A model generated the notes under the pieces. The model had not been told where the DNA came from, did no database searches, and worked only from the letters and a program-made list of their open reading frames with translations. Shown one piece after another: positions 52,420 to 64,000 of a stretch of DNA of 64,000 nucleotides (positions within the stretch are counted from its first letter, which is position 1; each line of letters begins with the position of its first letter). The translations under genes were made by a program, and so were the position numbers. The stretch is taken from NCBI RefSeq assembly GCF_036321535.1, contig NC_087437.1, positions 100,132,001-100,196,000 on the forward strand, in the 5' to 3' direction. Origin of the DNA: Camelus dromedarius. Its lineage: Eukaryota.

Positions 52420-53644
52420 GGCACTCTGAACCTTGGTTCCTTTCAGAGAAAAATTGAAGTAATATATTTGTGCTGGAAGGATTAAACATAATTTTAAAGC
52501 CCTGGGCACTTATTATGTCTTCAGTAAGTGACAGCTATTATGACACTCACCGTATTGTGGGAGGTGCAGCCTAGCGTTGATTAGAAGCCTGGGCTCAGGA
52601 CTCAGACTGACAGGTGTTCCTTTCCAGGCTCTACCACTGACTGATTCTAGGTTTCCTCATAGGCTGTTATCATAACACTGTTGCAAGGATTAACTCAAAT
52701 ATTTCATATGAAATACTGAGCCCCATGCCTGACATGAGGCGAGCACATCATAAATGTTGGCTCCAACTACTACTGCTTCTCCTACTGTTTGTTTTCACAA
52801 TTTCACCACTCATACATTCAAAACTATCTGTGTAATTTAGAAAGATGTCCTGTAATTTCCTGCCACCATATGACTATATCTTGCCATGGTCACTCACTCT
52901 GAACTTCAAAGAGCAAAGTTGGCCTGGGGGCTTAAAATGGTAGCTCTATCCTGAGCTCACCCAGATTTAACCTTAACCATTAATTCCTCCCATTCCATTC
53001 CAAAAAGAAAAAAGTTGCTTTATTAAAAAACCAAACTAGGCTTCAGTAAATATTAACAAATACTAAAACCAATAATGTTTTTAGCTTTAGCAAACCAAAC
53101 CCTTAAGATACAATACATTTTTCTTTCTTGTCCTAAGCATCCCTTTACCAGCTTATTCTCAGCTGGGCTTTACACAAGCATTTCTTCCTGGCCTTTACAT
53201 AATTTGAAATATATATTCTCTTGCTCTCATTTTGATAAATCATGAATAGTGCCTTTAAAAGCCCCTGTTACAGTAGCCCTACTATACTCATAACTTTTAG
53301 TTATAAATTAAAGATAAAACATAATAAGAAATACAAATCAAAATGTTCAACATGCATAGCCATGACTTATGACTAGCTTTAAAACACTAGTTTTAAAATG
53401 AGAAATTGAAAAACTAAAGGGAATTTCTGATTTTCATTAAGTTTTCTTCTGCTAATACGTTCATTACCATCACTGTCACGAAGAAAAAGAACATTCAACT
53501 TTCATGGAAACAATTCATTTTCTATTTTAGATGGAAGGTTAATGTGTGTGTATCCACAGTATCTACATTTGTATTTATTTATATCACATGAGTTTGCCAG
53601 CACAGGAAATGTACTTTTCAATGAACTAAATTTGAATGAGTATA

Positions 53645-53757
53645 TATATATTACAAATGAGGACATTTTTAAGAATAAAAGGGGGCACTTTAGTAATTAT
53701 ATCAAGAAATAGATGTAAACTGGGACTGTCCTGAACAGCTTGAACATGTGGTCAACG
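53645..53757. mobile_element. MER94-like hAT-Blackjack MITE
   Basis: GGACATTTTTAAGAATAAAAGGGGGCACTTTAGTAATTAT..GTAAACTGGGACTGTCC..ATGTGGTCA. Confidence 0.7.
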
Positions 53758-54413
53758 TGGTCATCGTTAGTTGAACAGACATGGCATCACCTGGGTGGGG
53801 AAGTTGGAGGGGGAGGAGAGAAGGTACTAGCTACTCTCCATCTTAAAGCCGACTCCACCTCTATACCTACCACTCCCCTTAGCGGGTGTCAAAGTGCCCT
53901 TTAAAGGGTTGCTTGGCTCTTTGGGTTTCAGGCTAACTTAGAGTAAGAACTAGAAGAAGAAGGAACCAGAAGCTTTTAGATACTCATTATCATTCTTCCC
54001 ACCCCCATGATTATCGTCTTTCATGCTCTGTTTCTGACATAATTTCAAGCACATTTATTATTCAACAAACTTTGCTTTACCATCTATCACGTGCTAGGTA
54101 ATTTAGGGATGAATAAGAATTCTTAAAGAGCAACAAGTCACATAGAAGAGACTGTCAAACACAAGCATTCATGATACACAAGCGGGCGTTTAGAAATGTG
54201 TGCTCAGGTAGGGTGATAGCATGTGTGACAGAGGGCCTTAAAAAACCAAATGGAATGAGAGAAGCATTTATAGAGGGTATAACCCTTAAAATAAGAACCA
54301 ACCCTTTAGACATTCCTGGCAGAGGAAACAAAATAAAAAGGGCCAGAGACTTGAAAACTTGATCTGAGGAAACTGAGGAAAACTGAGCATCTGATGTAAG
54401 AGTATCCAGTCTA

Positions 54414-55057
54414 ATAACACACATTGCCAATAGGGACATGAAAAGATGCTCAACATCACTAATTATTAGAGAAATGCAAATTAAAACTACAATGAGGTAT
54501 CACCTCACACTAGTCAGGATGGTCATTGTTTAAAAGTCCACAAATAATAAATGTTGGAAAGGGTGTAGAGAGAAGGGAACCCTCCTACACTACTGGTGAG
54601 AATGTAATTTGGTGCAGCCACTATGGAAAATAGTATGGAGAATCCTTAAAAAACTAAATAGACTTACTATATGATCCAGCAATCCCACTCTTGGGCACAT
54701 ATCCAGAGAAAACTCTAATTCAAAAAGATACATGCACCCTCCATGTTCATAGCAACACTATATACAATAGCCAAGACATGGAAGCAACTTAAGTGTCCAC
54801 AGACCAACGATTGGATAAAGAAGTTGTATATACATAAAATAGATTAACAAGTTTAGACTGTATAGCACAGGGAACTATATTCAGTATCTTGTAGTAAGTT
54901 ATGGTGAAAAAGAATATAAAAATGAATATATGTATGTTCCTATATGACTGAAGTATTGTGCTGTACACCAGAAATTGACACAAGATTGTAAACTGACTAT
55001 ACTTCAATTAAAATATATTTAAAAAAAACAAAAAGTAAAAAAGCTGTTTGTTTTTAT

Positions 55058-55090
<33 letters not shown>

Positions 55091-55525
55091 ATGGAATACT
55101 ACTCAGCCAAAAAAAAAATGAAGTAATACCATTTGCAGCACCATGGATGGGCCTAGACATCATCATGCTAAGTGAAGTAAGTCAGACAGGGAAAGACAAA
55201 TATTCTGTGATATCATTTACATGTGGAATCTAAAAAAAGACACAAATGAACTTATTCACAAACCAGAAAGACTCACAGATAAAGAAAACAAACTAATGGT
55301 TATCAGTGGGGAAGAGGGGAAGGGATAAATGAGGAGTTTGGGATTAGCAGATATAAACTACTAATATAAAATAGATAAACAAGGTCCTCCTGTATAGCAC
55401 AGGGAACTATATTCAATATCTTGTACACTATGCTGTACACCAGAAACTAACAAAACATTGTATATCAACTATACTTCAATTTTAAAAAACTAAAAAAAAT
55501 TTTTTTAATAAGAAATAAATTAAAA
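54414..55525 (+). mobile_element. 5'-truncated L1 (ORF2 end plus 3' UTR)
   Basis: CATGAAAAGATGCTCAACATCACTAATTATTAGAGAAATGCAAAT.. with TSD AAGAGTAT(C/T)CAGTCTA at 54398-54413 and 55526-55541. Confidence 0.93.
54828..55035 (+). mobile_element. Younger L1 3' UTR fragment nested inside the previous L1's ORF2
   Basis: TSD TAAA(G/A)AAG(T/C)TGT at 54816-54827 and 55036-55047; it has its own A tail. Confidence 0.88.
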
Positions 55526-56796
55526 AAGAGTATTCAGTCTACCGATGAGATAGGCAGAAAATGTACAGGAAGTCTTTGGTAGAATCAGGAAAGATTTTAT
55601 TTGCCAAACCAGGTAGTTTAGACTTTAACCTACCTAGAAAGGGAGCCAAGGCGTTCAGGCAGAGCAGGGCATGGTGTGATTTATTTACCAGAGGATCACT
55701 GTGGGTCAGTACTGAAATCTATTAAAGGAGGGTGAACAGACCCCGTGAGAACCGCCAGGCAGTCACTACACTGTCCAAGAAAGTCAGCAGTCCTCAATCC
55801 TAGGTGAGCAGCAGCACCACCTGGGAAATTTTTTTTTTAAAAAAACAGATGTTGGGCTTCATTCCCAGAGGTTCTGGTTCAGTTATCCTGGGGTGGGCCT
55901 GGAAATCTTATATATATGTTTTCTAGTTTCAAAGAGATTCTAAGGTTGAGAGCTACTGAGATAGGAAGGTTCTTAAACCAGAATTAGGAGGAGGGGGTAG
56001 GTGTGAGCAATTGTAATGTGGGTGATGGAATGGATGGTGAAGGGGTGAAGTCCAGAGATGCATGTAGAATTTGGATAGATCCTAGTTTTCTGGCTTGGGC
56101 TACTGTTTGCATTTTGATGACATTAAGCTGTACCAGATAATGTTTCAGAAGACTTTACACAAGGAACAAGATGTTTCTCAAAAACAAAAACAAAACAAAG
56201 TTAAATAAGTACTACTTTAACAAGATACCCAATGAATCTGAACTTTATATGGTGGTAGAACAGGAATTGGGAAGTTGCTGACACTTTCAGTTTTTGAGTC
56301 TAAGAACTGATTACCTTCAGAGTCTCCTTGTTTGGAGATGGGGGTGAAGAGTGCCATCCCTTTGATGATATACGCATAAAGCAATTCCCAAACAGCCCTC
56401 TGGAGAAGATGCTACAGACCGATAAGTTAAACATTTGTTCTGTTTAGTAATGAGTTGTAAGAGGAGGGTGCAGGGTACTGAATGATATGTTTCCTGTTTT
56501 CCAGATTTGACAACAAAAAACCACAGCTGAGCACAAGTCTGATACTGAAAGGACACAATGCCTGCCTTTTCCATTTATTTCTAAATGCCTAATATATACA
56601 TTTCCCTGACAAGCAGAACAGTATTCTGTTTACCCCAGCACACCATTCTCTGCTGTGAAGAAAGGAGCAGGAGAAAGGTGTGGAGCTGAGTAGAAGGAGA
56701 GTAATCACCAGAGACACTTAGCACTTACTATGTGGGCTACTCTAAATACACTTAATTTTATTCTCCTAACAACTCTTTGAAGTAGATACTATTTTT

Positions 56797-56904
56797 TTTT
56801 TCAGATTAAAAGAGGTTTTATTTCAGAGCCTTGAAAACTTTACTGGCTTCTTTTTTTTTTTTAATATTTTTTATTGATTTATAATCATTTTACAATGTTG
56901 TGTC
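56797..56904 (-). mobile_element. Very short L1 3' end with 3'-transduced unique sequence, inserted in a MIR (about 56715-57040)
   Basis: Perfect TSD AGTAGATACTATTTTT (56781-56796 and 56905-56920) and two A tails on the minus strand. Confidence 0.85.
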
Positions 56905-57977
56905 AGTAGATACTATTTTTATCCTCGTTTTTCCTAAGAAAACAGATGCACAGAGAGGTTAAGTCACTAGCTCAAGACCATACAGCTGGCAAACAGCAGA
57001 GCTGGAATAGGGAAACACAGCTGGGCTCCAGAGAGTCAACATTCGGAACCAGTACCAGAGGGGTAGCCTCATCTACATTTTCTGATCCCAAAAGGATTTA
57101 TTTCTTTGCCAGTTTTTATTTTAGTTAATAGGACTTAAAGTGGGGTCATAATATATAAGATGCCAAGACCATCATATTGATGACAGAATCTATTGTATAG
57201 TTGCAATGCATATCTTAGGGAGTTAAAAGTCTTGTTAAAAGTCAAGAAGTGAAATAATTTCATTGTTCCTATTACTAAAATTAAAAGTTATGTATAAATT
57301 GTATAAATTAGACACTGCTTAAGTAAAAAAAATTGGAATGTTATATAATTTTTCATTTCATTAAGCATGCCCAGATATTCTAAGAGTAATAGATATTCCA
57401 AAATAACATGTTTTTAAAAGATCAAGTAGCCTTTATGATAGAGGAAGCACTGTTATCCCTAGCATGAATGTAATAGTGATGTGAAAAACTGTGGTCTGTC
57501 TTGTCATTTAATAATAAAATGATTAACAGTATGGGATTTTTATGAGCCAGGAGAAAAAAAAGGCAGTGTCCACCTGCCTTCCATCGGGCAGGTGGACGCT
57601 GTGGAAGTGGCCTGGGGTTAAACCACTTCACCTGTGCTCAGCCGGCAGGCTGCATATAGAGCATGCGTTCATACGTCTAGGAGAAGGAACCAATGAAGAG
57701 AGAAAGGTTAAAGGGTCAGAAGAGGGCAGTAATTGATGGAGCAGGGTCTGGAGGTGAGGCTTCCACAGCTCAGATGGAAGGATTGCCTTTTACCAGGAAA
57801 AGGACAAGAGGGATGGATGCAGATAACTTTTTAGACAAATGTCGGACACTGGTTCCCATCTGATGAAGCAGGAAGTAAAACCTGTACTGAGGGTAGAAAG
57901 TGGGGAGTGGTTTGAGGTGTTGACAGTCTGCAGTTTCCACTTAGAGGTTGTTAAACAGGTTTAGCAGCACCAGAGGA

Positions 57978-58167
57978 AGGACCAGCCTCAGCTTGTGGCT
58001 ACATGGGAGAGGGCCCAGTGCAAAATGAAAAGCTGGATTCCTTGTCCCAAAATGATTAAAAATTTCAAAACAGCAAAAGCACAGCATTGAATCAAGCTCA
58101 GGCACCAGGCCCTTCTGAGTGTGAGGCCCTGTGGGACTGCAGAGGTCACAGACCTTAACTGAAGGCC
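57978..58167. mobile_element. MER45A-like hAT-Tip100 MITE
   Basis: GGCCCAGTGCAAAATGAAAA..AATTTCAAAAC..GCCCTTCTGAGTGTGAGGCCCTGTGGGACTGCAGAGGTCACA. Confidence 0.8.
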
Positions 58168-59429
58168 ACAGAGAGAGCTGATTCTCTAAATCTATGCTGG
58201 CCTCAGCCTGAATTTACACAGATCAGACTTCTGACTCACTCCACATCTAACCAAAATCTCTCTCCATGAGGAAGAAGGGAAACCAGTGAGGAGTAAATTC
58301 CCTCTGATCAGAGGCAGTTTTTCACCTCCTGATTTTGTAGCTAAGCAGAACAATTACTCCTCTCCTCCTATAAAACAGGGTGTTGATTTTTATTTGTGAG
58401 CAAGTCTTGCTTATTATCCCAAAGTCTTTGCTAGGTTGCTCCATACTAATAACAGATAAATTATCCACTTATAAAGTGACCATATTTCTTTAAAAAGAGA
58501 TCATATTTTTTAACAATACAAAATTATTTCATCTCAAGAGATTAGAGAAGGTCACCACTGGTCACCACTGGACAACGGGGGAAAAAAACACTTCTGTGAA
58601 GGAACTTTGAAACTATTCAATTTTCTGTATCCTTGTAGAGGTTAAATGAGTTATGAGTCATATTATATAAACATTACATAGCAAGTTTCAAATTATATTT
58701 AATTTCAGAAAATTGACATTTTATCAGTGTGTTTCCTTCCAACATAAATTTCACTTTCTTATCCCAAAAAAATCAGTGTTTTTCCAAGTAGAAATTTTTC
58801 TCGGTCATTAGCTGGAAATATTTGTCTTAGAGCTAATGAGATAACCAAATATTTGTGTAAATCCTTCAGCAACCTGACTTGTGTATATTACTCTTAATTA
58901 TTTTTGTTGCCATGAACTCTCAAGATACTGAGTGTACCTGCTGGTTATGTTTTCAAAAACATTTGTATTATCAGACTAGCTGAAACTATTTTAACTATGT
59001 TTGTAGAGATTTTGTGGCAGCCAGAATGCACATGAAGAAACATTTTCAAAATAAATAAAACTGCAGAGATAAAACGAAGCAGGTGGTATCTTCCAGAGCG
59101 CCCTCCTGTCTTAAGAAAATTTGCTAGTATAAATATACCATTTTCAAAAATCTCTGGGAATGTAAACTACAATGGTTTGGTTGTACGTGTGCCTCAATTC
59201 TCTCTCTCTCTCTCTCTTTTTTTCTTTTTCCTACCACTATAGAAAATCCCATGGAGTTAGGCTTACATCAGACTTTGAGTCTGTTCATTATTATGTCTAT
59301 ACTTTGAGCAGTCTGTCAAAATCTCTAAAATACCTTCATCTGTGCAATGGAAGTTCTCAATTCTGAGATGATTACAGAAGCACACTTAGGAAGAAAAAAG
59401 CATACAGGAAGAGGAATTATGCACATCAC

Positions 59430-59610
59430 CCTGTGTTCTGACCCTAACTTCATTATAATGGAGGCAGTGAACTTGGATAGATGACCTCCCTGAGCCACAA
59501 TGCGTCAGCGATGGTAAATATATAATAAAACAGCAACATCAACACCCACAGGGCTCCATTGAGGACCAAATGAGATTACATCATTTTAGAAGTGTTGCTC
59601 AACTGTAAGT
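59430..59610 (+). mobile_element. MIR SINE
   Basis: GTGAACTTGGATAGATGACCTCCCTGAGCC..TTGAGGACCAAATGAGAT. Confidence 0.55.
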
Positions 59611-59874
59611 AGACCGATAGAGAGAGAGAAAGATAAAGGTTGAGAGGATTAAGATGCTGCAGGATCACAGTTTGTACTCTCAGAAATTCCCAGCGTGGTA
59701 GGAGAAACAATAAGGATTCACAAATAACTGTAGCACATGGAAAAGCACGCTGCCAAAAACACAGGTGGTGCCACCTTTGTTCCTGATTTCTTCTCAGCCC
59801 GTTCAGGCATCCTGGTCTCACTAACTTGCATTTTTGAAAAAGTAGTACCCAGCATTCAGCAGTGTTAGGGGCAG

Positions 59875-60051
59875 CAGGACCAGCTACACCATCTGTGGGG
59901 CCCTGTACAAAATGAAAATGCAGGTCTCCTTGTTAAAATTCTTAGGGATTTCAAAACTGTGACAGCTGAGCATTATGCCAAGCGCAGAGGCGACTCTAAG
60001 GGCAAAGCTCTGTGCGACCACACAGATCACAAGCCCACGGAGCCAGTCCTG
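59875..60051. mobile_element. MER45A-like MITE, apparently full length (177 bp)
   Basis: Terminal inverted repeat CAGGAC..GTCCTG and internal GGGGCCCTGTACAAAATGAAAATGCAGG. Confidence 0.85.
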
Positions 60052-60527
60052 GGGACCAGCGAGACAGTGATCCTGGCAATTTCAGCAGCAATTGTTGAAT
60101 TTCCAAGAAGGTTGCATACAAGGCTCAAAGTTGGACAGAAAGAACCATCATGCGAAATTACAGCCCTGTATTTACATGTTAAAGACATCGCTGGCGCTTC
60201 TGTGACTGGGGAACCATAGCCTGGGGAACTTAATTTTATTCCAACCACTATCAAGGCTAAAGAGACAATTCTCTATAACCTCCATGTTTCTATGGGTCAG
60301 TAGCTCTTGATTCAGTGTCTGGGGTAGAAATATCTGATTGTTCTAGCTACAGGGAATACGGGAAAGCAGGAGAGTGGCTTTTCCCTCAGATAGCAGCAGG
60401 TAGACTGTGCCTCCCAGCAAGGCCCATAAAAATAGGAAATTCTCCAAACATAAGAAAGAGAGGACATGGGCTAGGCAGCCAACAAAGATGACAAAAGTCC
60501 ATTAGAGAAATAAAATAATTTTCTCAA

Positions 60528-61480
60528 AAACAAACAACCCAATCCAAAAATGGGCAGAAGACCTAAACAAGCAATTCTCCAAGGAAGAAATACAAATGAT
60601 CAATAGGCACATGAAAAAATGCTCAATATCACTAATTATCAGAGAAATACAAATCAAAACTACGATGAGGTATCACCTCACACCAGTCAGAATGGCCATC
60701 ATTCAAAAATCCACAAATGACAAATGCTGGAGAGGCTGTGGAGAAAAGGGAACCCTCCTACACTGCTGGTGGGAATGCAGTTTGGTGCAGCCACTGTGGA
60801 AAACAGTATGGAGAATCCTCAAAAGACTAGGAATAGACTTACCCTTTGACCCAGTAATCCCGCTCCTGGGCATATATCCAGAAGGAACCCTACTTCAAAA
60901 GGACACCTGCACCCCAATGTTCATAGCAGCACTATTTACAATAGCCAAGACATGGAAACAGCCTAAATGTCCATCGACAGATGACTGGATAAAGAGGAAG
61001 TGGTATATTTATACAGTGGAATACTATTCAGCCATAAAAACTGACAACATAACGCCATTTGCAGCAACATGGATGTTACTGGAGAATGTCATTCTAAGTG
61101 AAGTAAGCCAGAAAGAGAAAGAAAAATACCGTATGAGATCGCTCATATGCGGAATCTAAAAAAAAAAAAAACAAAAACAAAAACAAAAACACAAAACAGA
61201 AACAGACTCATAGACATAGCATACAAACTTGTGGTTGCCAGGGAGACAGGGGGTGGGAAGGGACTGGGATTTCAAAATGTAGAATAGATAAACAAGATTG
61301 TACTGTGTAGCACAGGGAAATATATACAGGATCTTGTGGTGGCTCACAGCCAAAGAGAATGTGACAATGAATGTAGGTATGTTCATGTATAACTGAAAAG
61401 TTGTGCTCTACACTGGAATTTGACACAACATTGTAAAATGACTATAACTCAATAAAAAAAGTTTATATATGAAAAAAGAG
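60528..61480 (+). mobile_element. Young 5'-truncated L1 (about 950 bp)
   Basis: Perfect 16-bp TSD AAAATAATTTTCTCAA (60512-60527 and 61481-61496); ORF2 end, 3' UTR and tail. Confidence 0.96.
60596..61159 (+). pseudogene. L1 ORF2p C-terminal fragment, open to its native stop
   Basis: [77 protein letters not shown]. Confidence 0.95.
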
Positions 61481-61929
61481 AAAATAATTTTCTCAAGCAG
61501 ATAAAGTTATAAAGTTTGGTACACTGGTTCTGATTTCACTCAAATACACAAGTGTATCTTGTAAAGAAGGCCCTGATAGTACCAGATGTGTAGAAAATAT
61601 ATACACAGTTTCTCTCTTCTTTCCCACTTCTTTCCATTAGAAATGACCTTGGAAGTCCCCAGTTTGTTCTCAATATCTTCTCAAAAATTAGACTGATCTT
61701 AAGCCAATCCTTTCTTCGGACCAAAGTCATCACTCAGGTGTTGTGGCGATAGTCCACTGCTTTTTGCAGTTCATTCCTGCACATCTGGGTTCCGTTCTCT
61801 CCTCCCCAATCATGTGATTCTGGTAAGACTGCCCATCACCCTCTGTTCCCCTATATTCCTTTTAATGCCAGTGAGACCCAGGCCCAGCCAATTATAAAAC
61901 CCCCTTTTCCAAGCCAAGGGGGTCCGATA

Positions 61930-62088
61930 CAGACACTCTCAAACTTTAATGTGCACATCAGCTAGGGATCTTTTAATACGAGGATTCTGATTCAGTCGAT
62001 GTGGGAGCACCTGAGAGTTTGCATTTCAGATAAGTTCTCGGATGGTGCCTCTCCTGTTGATCTATGGGCAGTGCAGGGAGTAGCAATG
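61930..62088. mobile_element. MER5A-like MITE
   Basis: TCTCAAACTTTAATGTGCACATCAG..GATTCTGATTCAGT..CCTGAGAGTTTGCATTTC. Confidence 0.7.
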
Positions 62089-64000
62089 ACCTCGGTCTGT
62101 CTCCCCAGGGGTCTAGGGTTGTACACTGCAACCAAACCAGGCCAGTCCATCAACAGAGGAAGCTAAGGCAGGAGCGAGCAGAGGTGGGAAGAAAGGGAAT
62201 GTCCATTTTGCTTCCACTTCAAGCCAGTTGTGCCTGGTGCCAGGTCCTCCTCACTCCAATCACACAGGCCTATAAATCCACTTTTTGTTTACATGAGACT
62301 GAGTTGGATTTCTTCACTTGCAACCAAAAGTATACACAGAATATAAACTTCCTTTAGATATAATCTAACAGTGTCCAGGTCGTCCTGAACAAAGCTATTC
62401 CTCATTTGCTACGTTTGCAACCAACTTACTTTAAAGAATTTTGAATTCTGACTCATGATTATAAGAAATAACTAGGAACAAGTAGATAATCGCCAAATTA
62501 GTTGTTGCATGTTTTTAATTCACTTAGTTTTCTATTGGAGTAGTCATTGTTTAAGTGAAGCTAATATCGTATCTTTTAAGGCTTTCTTTGATCAATTGGG
62601 TAAAAAAATAATACTCATTAGAGTTGTTCATTCTCACTCTAGCAGCATCCCGTGTTTTCGATAAGTGAATATACCTCTCGAATCAGGAAAAGGGGTACAA
62701 TACAGCTCCAGTTTGTTGTGGGATACAGACATTTACTGCAGAGCTAAATCAGTATTCTAAATGACAAGCTGTTGACTCCTAAAATTTCACCAAGTTCATG
62801 TATGTCTACCAGCTACACTTATCCACAAAAGTGCAAACTAATTGTTTTTAATTCACATTAAAGATCAGTTGAGATCACTTTGCATTTTTAAAACTGGGCT
62901 TTTTGTTAACTGCATTGTGGATTAAATCAGTCCTCCTCTGTCCACATGGCATAAATTATTAATCATCCTTAAAGAATAGATGGGTGGCAATTATGAAGAC
63001 AAGATTAAATGAATACCTGGAATTCTTCCTAGTGTGAAATGACTCATTGTTCTGAGAGGTGTTAAAGTCACAGTTCTCAGAGACAAACACAATAGATATT
63101 CCCATGTTAAGTACAAACGTTAGAATAATCAACATATTCACAAAGCATGGTTGCTTTTGTTAAAGCAGTGTATTCTCAGTTCAAAACAAGTTTATGAAAA
63201 CCTGCATTTTGTGAGGCTAGGGTAAATCAAGGTAGCAAAACAGCCCTACCAGGTCAGCTCTGGTCACAATCTGTTTATGCTTCTTTTTCCGGGAGACCGT
63301 CTCTGTTCCCTTGGACCCAAATGAGGTTTCTCACATGGATTCTCATAGCATCTCCTACTTTCCATCATCCACAGAACCACCTCACACTTGTTCACTTTTC
63401 TGAATCCCTCCTCGCCTCTCCCCAATCCCTTCTACACAGTTAAGTGTTTAGCACAAAGTTACTGTTTTTAGTATTCGTTTACTTCATGGACAAGAAAGTT
63501 GGAAGATGCTACGTTACAAGCAATTTAATTCATAATGTAAGGGGCACCTCATGCTTGTGAGTTGCTTGCATAGTAATGATGCAATCTGATTTGAGAAAAT
63601 TTTATACTTTATCGAGCTTGTTCTTTTTTTTTTTAATGTAATAACAGGAAAAGATTTTGTTCGTCCTGTATAAAATAAAATTACCAATGCTGCTAAATCT
63701 GGCTAAAAAAATTACAGGTGTCCTGCTTACATTCAAAAAAATTCAAATCCAAAGTCATAATCAAGGATTTAATATTTAATAGTATCAGTGAGGTTAAAAA
63801 TCATGTTAAGTATCATTCAAACACTGTCCGATGGTATAGGAAGGAATTTGTTACAATCTTTTCTGCCACCAAATTATATCAACAGTTACCACTAGAGGGT
63901 GCTTCATCTCTTCTTATTTCCAGTGAACAGACTGCTGTATTGAAGGTTCATGTGGCTATACCCATAAGCTGGTATCTCCACTCTTCATTGCATGTACGAG

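Larger units (their letters stand above)
54045..56115 (-). mobile_element. L2 remnant hosting nested L1s
   Basis: ATTCAACAAAC..CATCTATCACGTGCTAGG (L2 3' end antisense) continues after 55541 with AGTTTAGACTTTAACCT, GATCACTGTGG and AGTTTTCTGGCTTGGGC. A MER5 lies at about 55790-55960. Confidence 0.65.

Noticed and set aside
58550..58571. Tandem GGTCACCACT x2 (similar 15-nt duplication at 5181-5210)
   Set aside because: Ordinary slippage micro-duplications.
12222..61480. Recurring near-identical segments (CTGTATAGCACAGGGAA.., GACACAACATTGTAAA..) that could suggest an array
   Set aside because: They are dispersed L1 3' UTR copies, not regularly spaced repeats with spacers, so not CRISPR-like.

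Overview
AT-rich mammalian nuclear DNA, not prokaryotic. It is most likely camelid (alpaca, llama or camel), because it carries simple tRNA-Ala-like SINEs of the vic-1 type and artiodactyl-style L1 3' ends, and I saw no BovB, ART2A or CHR elements. I recognise no intact cellular gene, RNA gene or CRISPR array. Most ORFs in the track are chance or repeat-derived. The only recognisable protein remnants are L1 ORF2 C-termini (37.1-37.8 kb and 60.5-61.2 kb still open; 5.1 kb and 54.4 kb broken) and decayed ERV-L pol (RT, RNase H, integrase, dUTPase at 28-32 kb; RT end, RNase H and integrase at 50-51 kb). The window is a layered record of L2, MIR, CR1, DNA transposons, MaLR/ERVL LTRs and several L1 subfamilies, many with clear target-site duplications (TSDs). 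The best observations are a tiny L1 3' transduction, two twin-primed inverted L1 insertions, an L2>L1>L1 nest, a fold-back duplication inside ERV-L and a 366-nt pure purine tract. There is also a transposon-poor stretch (13.4-22 kb) ending in a CpG-retaining element at about 21.1-21.4 kb, which may be an enhancer or an unrecognised first exon. I found no support for a new multi-gene biological system. Repeat family names come from recalled consensus sequences, and boundaries of old repeats are approximate.
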